A DNA stretch of 64,000 nucleotides from a virus (IMGVR_UViG_3300037524_001291), one strand, 5' to 3'; positions 1 through 6,610 are shown, counted from the stretch's first letter. The notes: a model not told the origin generated them from the sequence alone. Numbers and translations: made by a program.

Positions 1-99
1 ATATTAGTTTGATACTCTCTATAGTCAAAAACACTAAAATATTTTTCTACTTTTTAATCTTTTTTAAATGGTCTTCCTATAAATGTTTCCTACACTAGA

Positions 100-355
100 T
101 TTAAGGTTTTTACAAAATATTATGTCTTGTGACCCATCTCTAAAACCCAATTTTATGTTTAGTTATTAGAGTTATATTTTTAGAGATTTTTCAGTTACTT
201 TTTTCTTAAAAACCTTACAACTGTCTTATATAAACATTATCTAAGGTTTATGTGAAAAAATTAGTGTCTATGTTCCCTAGCAGAAAACGCTTAACTTTTT
301 TTATTTCTTTCAAAAAATCTCTCTTTTTTGAGAGGTTTTTATATTTTTTAATAAA
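100..355. repeat. Diverged ~260-bp non-coding repeat unit (copy of the 55.4-56.0 kb units)
   Basis: Core TCTATGTTCCCTAGCAGAAAACGCTTAA at 267 recurs at 55407, 55668 and 55927; flanks align with 55760-56015. Confidence 0.85.
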
Positions 356-482
356 AAGTGCATTTCCTTTTTTTGACCTATGGAAGGAAATGCAAAACCA
401 TATGTTTCTAACAGATTTACTTGTAACTAATGATTCTTCTCCATTCAATACATCCATTCTAGTATTCAGCCTAGTTTGGAAA

Positions 483-565
483 TGGGCAGGGTGTGACTCG
501 AACACACAAAGCCCGAAGGCAACAGATTTACAGTCTGTCTGTTTTACCAATTTACCTACCTACCC
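483..565 (-). tRNA. tRNA-Tyr(GUA)
   Basis: Acceptor GGGTAGG/CCTGCCC, anticodon arm ACAGA-CTGTAAA-TCTGT, long variable arm, T-loop TTCGAGT; CCA not encoded. Confidence 0.93.
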
Positions 566-832
566 AATAATCTGTTTTTTCTTCTCTAAGAAGCACTCAT
601 ACAAACCAGCGTCTTCATCATTTTGAGGTGTTACATCTTTATCAAACCTCATACAGTGCCCATCTATATACTCAGTACAATTACGACAACATATAACACC
701 CTCTAGCTCATCTAATTCTTCATCAGGTTCATCATGAGGTCCACCACATAACAAATCACACATATCATCTATCTCGTTCAAATTTCGACCATCTAGGGCT
801 CCCCTTAAAAAATCTTTTGCATATTTGTCCAT
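560..832 (-). CDS. Hypothetical Cys-rich acidic protein
   Basis: ORF with GGAGG-type RBS; CCRNC...C motif. Confidence 0.7.
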   Translation of the reverse strand: MDKYAKDFLRGALDGRNLNEIDDMCDLLCGGPHDEPDEELDELEGVICCRNCTEYIDGHCMRFDKDVTPQNDEDAGLYECFLEKKKQIIG

Positions 833-857
833 AAGTTTTCTTCTCCACCTCCTAAAA

Positions 858-1097
858 TTAAAATAAGTTTCCTTGGCTATCTCTCCAACCTACAGCACCA
901 CATCTAGTACATTTATAAGAACCATACTCATCTAAATCATCTAAGGATATCAAATAACCGTGCCATCCAATAGAGCATAAGAATTTTTTTATTCTTGATA
1001 ACAATCTAACACATTCCCTTCTAATAAAATCTAACGGTCTACACGAGAATCGAACTCGTGATGCCAGAGTGACAATCTGGTATGATAACCACTTCAC
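858..1097 (-). CDS. Hypothetical protein with C-terminal CxxC motif
   Basis: ORF track; co-oriented with neighbours; start codon uncertain. Confidence 0.5.
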   Translation of the reverse strand: MKWLSYQIVTLASRVRFSCRPLDFIRRECVRLLSRIKKFLCSIGWHGYLISLDDLDEYGSYKCTRCGAVGWRDSQGNLF

Positions 1098-1201
1098 CAG
1101 TAGACCTAAGCTACAGAGCCTCGAATAATATTATACCACTATCTCATAACTCTCTCAATACTCTAGTTTATTGACGATTAGAATATTGAGGTAGAAGTAA
1201 A

Positions 1202-1453
1202 CTATCTAGACTTATTTTTTATAATATCATCATCATCTAAAGAAGATTCTTTGATAGATGCTCTTTCTATAAATTCAAGGCAACTAGGGCATTTATAGTT
1301 TATTTTTTCTTTTCTAAACTCCCTAATATTTTTTTCAAAAGGTATAAATCTTCTTTTCTGTTGTCTATTAGTACAACTATTTAGGGTTACTATATCCCAT
1401 TCAACAGAAGTACTTAATGCACTACATCTAGAACACTCATATAACTTACTCAT
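1202..1453 (-). CDS. Hypothetical zinc-binding protein
   Basis: CSRC and CPSC pairs; RBS AGAGGAG upstream. Confidence 0.75.
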   Translation of the reverse strand: MSKLYECSRCSALSTSVEWDIVTLNSCTNRQQKRRFIPFEKNIREFRKEKINYKCPSCLEFIERASIKESSLDDDDIIKNKSR

Positions 1454-1472
1454 AGATTGTCTGCTCCTCTAG

Positions 1473-1552
1473 TGCGGAAAGAGAGATTTGAACTCTCACG
1501 CTAAGGCATACGAGCTTAAATCGTATGTGTCTTCCAATTCCACCACTTCCGC
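1473..1552 (-). tRNA. tRNA-Leu(UAA)
   Basis: Acceptor GCGGAAG/TTTCCGC, anticodon arm TACGA-TTTAAGC-TCGTA, long variable arm, T-loop TTCAAAT. Confidence 0.93.
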
Positions 1553-1815
1553 ATATCTTATAATTTTTCTACTCAGAACTCAATAGTAAAAGTCTGATTC
1601 CATACCACCTAATATACAAGTACAAAAACAAGTATTAAATTTTCAAAGTCCATATGAAATTCAATTCCTTTTAAACCGTACCACAATTCTCACATCCATG
1701 TCAATATTTATTTTAATAATTATGTGATGGTCACACAGTTTTACACTACCATAAAAAATGTAAACTTAATAAAGGGTTGTGTACCCACAATTTTTAAAAG
1801 TTATATTTTACAGAA

Positions 1816-2400
1816 TCAACTTGTTTTAGGCATAAAGGGTGCATAAACATAGCTAGGTTCTATAAAAGTTGCTAATTTATCTAAACTCTTTGTAGTTTTA
1901 CTAAAACGGTTGGCATACGAACTGGCAACAAAAGAGTAAGGTTTAATTTGAGTAGGTATACCGATACCTTCAAAGTATCCTAGCATTTCTCTTATTAGGG
2001 TTCTTGTTGCTCCATTTCTTCCTACATCTATATGAGCTTCGATTTTAAATGTAGAGTCTTTACTTCCCAATAGAATTTCAGAAGTTTTTAGAGTAATAAG
2101 GTCATTAAGAGTACAAATAACCTCGTAAGTACTGACTGTTTCCATATGTATTTTTTCCCTAAGACTTGTAATTCTTCTAGGTTCTATGTGTTTATTAATA
2201 CAGCACCAAGCACCATGTCCTACTCGATGTATTACAACTCCAGTAGCAAAGCAGGTTTGTTGACCTATTAATTGAGAATCTGTACCTACCATTATTTTAA
2301 AATCTCCTCTAGGGGTTTTGTTTATAAAGTCTAAAATGTTTATTTCTACATCTTCGAGACTCATATTTTTCTGAGTTGAGTTAAAGAAGATTCTTTCCAT
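1816..2400 (-). CDS. RNase H-like YkuK/DUF458 family protein
   Basis: Motifs VGTDSQ, VIHRVGHGAW, EAHIDVG and IKPYSFVASSYANRFSK. Confidence 0.85.
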   Translation of the reverse strand: MERIFFNSTQKNMSLEDVEINILDFINKTPRGDFKIMVGTDSQLIGQQTCFATGVVIHRVGHGAWCCINKHIEPRRITSLREKIHMETVSTYEVICTLNDLITLKTSEILLGSKDSTFKIEAHIDVGRNGATRTLIREMLGYFEGIGIPTQIKPYSFVASSYANRFSKTTKSLDKLATFIEPSYVYAPFMPKTS

Positions 2401-2430
2401 GTTTTCACATCCTTTATTTTTTAATATAAA

Positions 2431-2469
2431 AAGAGCTGTTAAGTCAATTTTTAAGACTTAACAGCTCTT
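2431..2469 (-). terminator. Intrinsic terminator (perfect 15-bp stem)
   Basis: AAGAGCTGTTAAGTC / GACTTAACAGCTCTT inverted repeat, followed by a T-tract on the minus strand. Confidence 0.75.
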
Positions 2470-2679
2470 ATATCCAAGTAGGTTATTTCTTGTTAGGGTA
2501 TCCTATTTTGGAAATTTTGAGGATTAAGTCTATACCTATATATTTGTTCTAAGAGTCCTAATATCATGGCATAATTAAATATACATGGCAAAATAGATGA
2601 GCCTGTATCATAAGTATTAAAGCTATTAGAATTCTTATTTAACAATATAGTCATAAACTTTCCTTTCCAAAAATATATT

Positions 2680-2991
2680 TTATTCGGGGAAATCACTTAA
2701 GTATGTATCTAAGTCACCGTCCCAAGCACCCACATCTGTTTTCACTAACTCTGTTTCAGCAATATCGGCTAATAAAGCTAAATAACCGTCAAGCACTTCT
2801 TTAATAACAAGTCTAAAGTTTGTTATGTTACCGTATCTTGTTAGGGTAAATACTGTATCTCCCCCACTTTCTACAGTAAAAATATTTTTAATTTTACCAT
2901 TAGGGTAAGGCTCAGTAGTATAATCATATGTTATATCATATTCTTCGGTCAAGTATGTTACAGTACAAGTAGCTGCTGCCATAAAAATCAC
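2680..2991 (-). CDS. Hypothetical acidic protein
   Basis: ORF with AGGAGTG RBS. Confidence 0.75.
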   Translation of the reverse strand: MIFMAAATCTVTYLTEEYDITYDYTTEPYPNGKIKNIFTVESGGDTVFTLTRYGNITNFRLVIKEVLDGYLALLADIAETELVKTDVGAWDGDLDTYLSDFPE

Positions 2992-3165
2992 TCCTATAAA
3001 AAATAATTCTCACTAACTTGTATATAAGAAGAATACTTAAAACTTATAAAATGTATTTCAAAGACTACCTTTCTGTAATTTGTAGAGGAGGTCCTTCCAA
3101 TACTCTTAGCTTTTCAAAGACTAATTTAATTACATTCCAATAGTTGACCCTTTGAAATACACTTT

Positions 3166-3254
3166 GTGAATTACTCATGACTAAAGTCACGAGCTTCCCC
3201 TTCAATATACCTATTGGTACAAGTTTACAGGGGCTAAAGGGTAATTCCTACCCA
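3166..3254 (-). mobile_element. Orphan IS200/IS605-type right end / TnpB omegaRNA remnant (ends TTCAC)
   Basis: GGGTAGGAATTACCC hairpin, AGCCCCTGTAAACT, terminal hairpin CTCGTGACTTTAGTCATGAG and TTCAC end; no tnpB ORF adjacent. Confidence 0.7.
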
Positions 3255-3264
3255 ATAAATTTTA

Positions 3265-3397
3265 AGATACATGAGAATAATTAGGGTAGTTTGTTGTTAT
3301 CATAATAGGATTTGAACCCATTACAGCCAGATTAAATGTCTAGTGCTCTACCAATTGAGCTATACGATGGAAACTACTTCCTACACAGCATGTATCT
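3265..3397 (-). ncRNA. Y-RNA-like tRNA mimic Y1 (Lys UUU-like loop) in a long bulged stem
   Basis: 9-bp terminal stem, CUGUGUAGGAAGUAGUUU...AAACUACCCUAAUUAUUCU wrapper; inner D arm GCTC-AATTGGTA-GAGC, anticodon arm, T arm ATGGG-TTCAAAT-CCTAT. Confidence 0.8.
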
Positions 3398-3410
3398 ATA
3401 TCTTCAAATT

Positions 3411-3545
3411 ATAGTTAAGGAGGATAACTAGGGTAGTTTACTGTTATCATAATCGGACTTGAACCGACAACTAGTTTATTTTAGGAAAACTGTTCTACCA
3501 ATTGAACAATACGATGGAAACTACTTCCTACACAGCCTTAACTAT
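3411..3545 (-). ncRNA. Y-RNA-like tRNA mimic Y2
   Basis: 10-bp terminal stem ATAGTTAAGG/CCTTAACTAT, same wrapper as Y1; D arm GTTC/GAAC, T arm GTCGG-TTCAAGT-CCGAT. Confidence 0.8.
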
Positions 3546-3602
3546 ATTAAATTTTTAAGTGTAAAGAGGGATACCCTTCCCTCTTTACGATAATTTTGTG
3601 GC

Positions 3603-3778
3603 ATGATTTACATTACTACCGACATTTAATTTACTTGATCATATCTTAGTATGTTCACTCTACCATTAAGTTACCCCGCCATAGTTTATACTTACTACTA
3701 TTTTTAGAAAAAAGGCGAGAGACGGAATCGAACCATCACTTAACTTATCCGTCAAGTAAAATTTGATGTAGTAATCAT
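3603..3778 (-). ncRNA. Circularly permuted tRNA-like module B
   Basis: Order is T arm (GATGG-TTCGATT-CCGTC), acceptor 3' strand TCTCGCC, 33-nt linker, acceptor 5' strand GGCGGGG, D arm; closed by TTTACTTGA/TCAAGTAAA and ATGATT/AATCAT. Confidence 0.75.
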
Positions 3779-3803
3779 AGCCTATATTTAGCTTGTGAGT
3801 TAG

Positions 3804-3899
3804 AAATTAAAATTGACTGCGATGTGTCTGCCATTCCACCACATCCCGTCATATCGGGATGGAAGGACTCGAACCTCCAATAATCGCTTTTTTTAATTT
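3804..3899 (-). ncRNA. Circularly permuted tRNA-like module A
   Basis: T arm GGAGG-TTCGAGT-CCTTC, then CATCCCG-ATATGA-CGGGATG hairpin, then D arm GTG-GAATGGCAGA-CAC; closed by GCGAT/ATCGC and AAATTAAAA/TTTTAATTT. Confidence 0.8.
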
Positions 3900-3903
3900 A
3901 AGT

Positions 3904-4650
3904 CTAAGTTTTATCTTGACTCACAAAAATATACTGAAGTATGTTATTACCAATGTTCACATTACTAGCCTCTACATTATTTGCCTCTTCCCTAGCACAC
4001 TTAACAGCTGATGAAAACTTCTCAATCCTAGTCAAAATACCCTGTTTTATAGGTACAGGTAAAGCACCACTATACTTAACTGTATTCCAATATCCTACCA
4101 AAACATCATCACTAATTAACTGAGTTTGTGCTGGATGCTCCTTAGTAGCTTCTGATAATACTATAGGCTTTTGTACCTTTTTTGACTTGTGAGTTGTGGT
4201 TGTTTCCGTTTTATACTGTCCAGAGTTTACATCAAAAGTCCAATCCTCTGACTCATCTAATACAGGAAGTGCTTCTACAAATGACCTAATATCATTAATT
4301 TGCTTCTCTAAGAATAAAAGAAATGTAGCTGGTACACCACTAGCTAAACACTTACCCTCAACAATTATATCAGCTAAAGCATTACAATTAGCATAATCTT
4401 TAGTAGCAGTTATATCAAACATCTCAGTTAGGGTGGTACACAAACCATCTATTTGCTCAACTGCCGTATGAATAACCTTCTTTTTTTCTTGAGGATAGTC
4501 TTCCCCTTCTTCATCTTTTTTCTGATAAGTTTTAGTAAAACCATTAAACAGATCAGGTTTTAGGGATATTTTGTGTAGATCTGATACTGTAGCATATGAT
4601 CTTGATTTAATTCCCTTCTCAATTGCAATAACTTGATTAAGCTTTTTCAA
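3904..4650 (-). CDS. Conserved uncharacterised protein (KLNQ.IA.EKG.KS family)
   Basis: TTG start 7 nt after RBS AGGGGG. Motifs DITATKDYANCNALAD, PATFLLFLEKQ, EATKEHPAQ, GYWNTVKYSGALP and AVKCAREEAN match a bacterial DUF family I recall (not verified by search). Confidence 0.85.
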   Translation of the reverse strand: MKKLNQVIAIEKGIKSRSYATVSDLHKISLKPDLFNGFTKTYQKKDEEGEDYPQEKKKVIHTAVEQIDGLCTTLTEMFDITATKDYANCNALADIIVEGKCLASGVPATFLLFLEKQINDIRSFVEALPVLDESEDWTFDVNSGQYKTETTTTHKSKKVQKPIVLSEATKEHPAQTQLISDDVLVGYWNTVKYSGALPVPIKQGILTRIEKFSSAVKCAREEANNVEASNVNIGNNILQYIFVSQDKT

Positions 4651-4687
4651 TGTTTTTCCCCCTACTTTAAAATACCTCATTTATACT

Positions 4688-4723
4688 TGGTGTTGGGTTT
4701 TATATGGGAAAACCTTGTCACCA
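4688..4723. repeat. Repeated hairpin, copy 1
   Basis: TGGTGTTGGGTTTT...GGGAAAACCTTGTCACCA; second copy at 4938-4971. Confidence 0.7.
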
Positions 4724-4856
4724 ACAACCAGAAAAAACCTAAGTAATTTAACTAAAACTTTTCAAGTTTGAACTCTTACTCTCTCTTAGGTGTTACTTTT
4801 AGATCCTAAGAAGAATGAAAGGTTCTCTGCTTGTAAATATCATTTAAAACTACTTA

Positions 4857-4928
4857 TAGCACCGATTGGATTTGAACCAATGTTCTTTGGATTATGAGTC
4901 CAATGGGATACCACTTCCCTACAGTGCG
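4857..4928 (-). tRNA. tRNA-Met(CAU), initiator-like
   Basis: C1:U72 mismatch, G11-C24 pair, anticodon arm TTGGA-CTCATAA-TCCAA, T-loop TTCAAAT. Confidence 0.88.
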
Positions 4929-4937
4929 ACATAAATA

Positions 4938-4971
4938 TGGTGTTGGGTTTTTTAGGGAAACCCTGTCACCA
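4938..4971. repeat. Repeated hairpin, copy 2
   Basis: TGGTGTTGGGTTTTTTAGGGAAACCCTGTCACCA. Confidence 0.7.
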
Positions 4972-5006
4972 TAGAACAATAAAAACCCTACTACCACACT
5001 AATACT

Positions 5007-5101
5007 TTGAACCTCACATCACTAAAGTGAGATGATTCCTGCTTCACTGACCTCGTAACCTACTATCTCCACAGGCTTAAAATTCCGTAGTTCCTACCGT
5101 A
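5007..5101 (-). mobile_element. omegaRNA-only copy of the right end of the IS200/IS605 element at 53044-54823
   Basis: About 93/95 identical to 53044-53138; ends TTCAA; TTGAT immediately 5' (5102-5106). Confidence 0.9.
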
Positions 5102-5109
5102 ATCAACAG

Positions 5110-5290
5110 CATCTACCCATAGTAGAAATTGACAAATAAAATATGGGTCTTTCCCCATCTGTCACCTATATTAAACTGATTATTAGACTAGTGGTTCAGC
5201 CTTTGAAACCCATATCAGCTTGAGGTAGCTCCTTAACAGTGCCTGTGTCGTTGCTACAATCTTCCACCTACTTACATAGGGAGCACTTAG
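5110..5290 (-). ncRNA. Candidate structured RNA (unassigned)
   Basis: GC-richer non-coding stretch with several complementary segments (GCUCC/GGAGC, GUGG/CCAC, CUGAU/AUCAG, AUGGGU/ACCCAU). Confidence 0.35.
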
Positions 5291-5296
5291 ATGTAC

Positions 5297-5345
5297 TTAA
5301 GATAAAAGGATTCGAACCTTTTAAGTATCCATCTATACTATCTTA
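5297..5345 (-). ncRNA. Mini tRNA-like element lacking the anticodon arm
   Basis: TAAGATA/TATCTTA 7-bp acceptor, GTAT-AGATGG-ATAC D-like arm, AAAGG-TTCGAAT-CCTTT T arm. Confidence 0.6.
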
Positions 5346-5356
5346 TAAATATTTTA

Positions 5357-5492
5357 ACATGAAAGAGAATAACTAGGTACTTTGAAACCTCAAAGAGGCT
5401 CGTGTCGGAATTGAACCAACAAATTTTTTCTCCAAATGAAAACGCTAGACCATCTAGCAACGATGTAAAGTATTCCTACACAGCTTTCATGT
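5357..5492 (-). ncRNA. Y-RNA-like tRNA mimic Y3 (Gln UUG-like loop)
   Basis: 9-bp terminal stem ACATGAAAG/CTTTCATGT, wrapper CUGUGUAGGA...CCUAGUUAUUCU, D arm GCTAG/CTAGC, T arm GTTGG-TTCAATT-CCGAC. Confidence 0.78.
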
Positions 5493-5531
5493 ATTATTTA
5501 ATTTTCAAGGGTCTCAACTAACATCTCTCAT

Positions 5532-5561
5532 AGTATAAATCAGTGAGTTTATCTTTGTCAA
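5532..5561 (-). promoter_or_regulatory. sigmaA-type promoter upstream of the ncRNA island
   Basis: TTGACA-18 nt-TATACT. Confidence 0.6.
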
Positions 5562-5682
5562 TACCCTAAATATAAAATTTTTAAATTAGTGATGTTATCA
5601 TGTTATTTATTTTCATATGACAAAAACATCAGATTGTTGTTAGGCTCTAGTCTAACTTTCAGCGATGTTATCATAAACCATC

Positions 5683-5982
5683 CTACGCATAACTAAACCA
5701 AATAAGTTTAATACCTTCAGAATCAATAGGATTCGGTTCATCTGATGTATATTCTACAGAGAGTAGTCCAGCTACACCGTCAGAGGCTTTATAAATAATT
5801 CTTAGGGTTTCGTCTGTCACCCCTCTACCACATATGTTACCATCAACAGTGAACTCATCTCCTATAGAGCTATTTCTAAGTTCTTGAAAGGAAATATCTC
5901 GTGAGTAGGAATGTTCCCAATCACATTTTGTTAGGGTTATTGCTGATTGTTCTAGAATTACCTCAGTTTTCATTTTTATCAT
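5683..5982 (-). CDS. Hypothetical protein
   Basis: ORF with AGAGGATG RBS. Confidence 0.7.
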   Translation of the reverse strand: MIKMKTEVILEQSAITLTKCDWEHSYSRDISFQELRNSSIGDEFTVDGNICGRGVTDETLRIIYKASDGVAGLLSVEYTSDEPNPIDSEGIKLIWFSYA

Positions 5983-5987
5983 CCTCT

Positions 5988-6239
5988 CTATACATCCATA
6001 CTAGATTTACGTACCCTCTCCACATGCATTATTGGTTCATCTCTTCTATAAGTAAAATTGTATGATCTATGAATATTAAACTCATAATATAAAACCCTAT
6101 ACTCTTTAGCATCTCCCTCCTCTCCTATCTCTTTAAAAGGATGTACCCTTAAGATTGAACCTACAGGTGGAAGTGGTATGGGAGTATACTCCCATACCCT
6201 CTCCCCATCAATACATTTACCATCACATTTTATTAGCAT
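5988..6239 (-). CDS. Hypothetical protein
   Basis: ORF with RBS, tightly packed with neighbours. Confidence 0.7.
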   Translation of the reverse strand: MLIKCDGKCIDGERVWEYTPIPLPPVGSILRVHPFKEIGEEGDAKEYRVLYYEFNIHRSYNFTYRRDEPIMHVERVRKSSMDV

Positions 6240-6253
6240 TTTTATCGTCCTCT

Positions 6254-6487
6254 CTAATTTTTCTTATATTCCTCAAATAACTTTTTAGTGAAGTTTTCTG
6301 TTACTTCCTTATCATGTGAAGGACATATATCATCCTGTTCCATACCAAATAGGCTAATAGTCTTTCCTTCCTCATCTACTAACTTACCAACCCACCTACC
6401 ATTACAGTAACCACTGATGTAAACTTTGTATGAATATAAGGTAGCTACATCATGAAAACCCTCTAAATCTAAAATTTTATCTGACAT
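6254..6487 (-). CDS. Hypothetical protein
   Basis: ORF with GGGAGG RBS just downstream of a promoter. Confidence 0.75.
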   Translation of the reverse strand: MSDKILDLEGFHDVATLYSYKVYISGYCNGRWVGKLVDEEGKTISLFGMEQDDICPSHDKEVTENFTKKLFEEYKKN

Positions 6488-6525
6488 AATATATACCTCC
6501 CTAAAAATAAAATCCCCACTATCTT

Positions 6526-6555
6526 ATTATATCATATAAAAATATATTATGTCAA
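6526..6555 (-). promoter_or_regulatory. sigmaA-type promoter, extended -10
   Basis: TTGACA-18 nt-TATAAT with TGn extension. Confidence 0.7.
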
Positions 6556-6610
6556 AATAAAATAGACCTAAATAAGAGGTCTATCTCAATACTCTAAATT
6601 AGAATTTTAT

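Noticed and set aside
248-626. ORFs 248-550 (-) and 252-626 (+)
   Set aside because: They overlap tRNA-Tyr and the non-coding repeat unit; the translation is tRNA sequence read as protein.
3603-3899. Two-piece tmRNA or intron-split tRNA
   Set aside because: No tag reading frame or tmRNA acceptor identity (G3-U70 Ala), and no anticodon can be reconstituted from the halves.
3265-5492. Calling Y1-Y3 ordinary tRNA-Lys/Leu/Gln genes
   Set aside because: Y1 and Y2 lack U33, acceptor stems are imperfect, and all three are embedded in a conserved extended helix.
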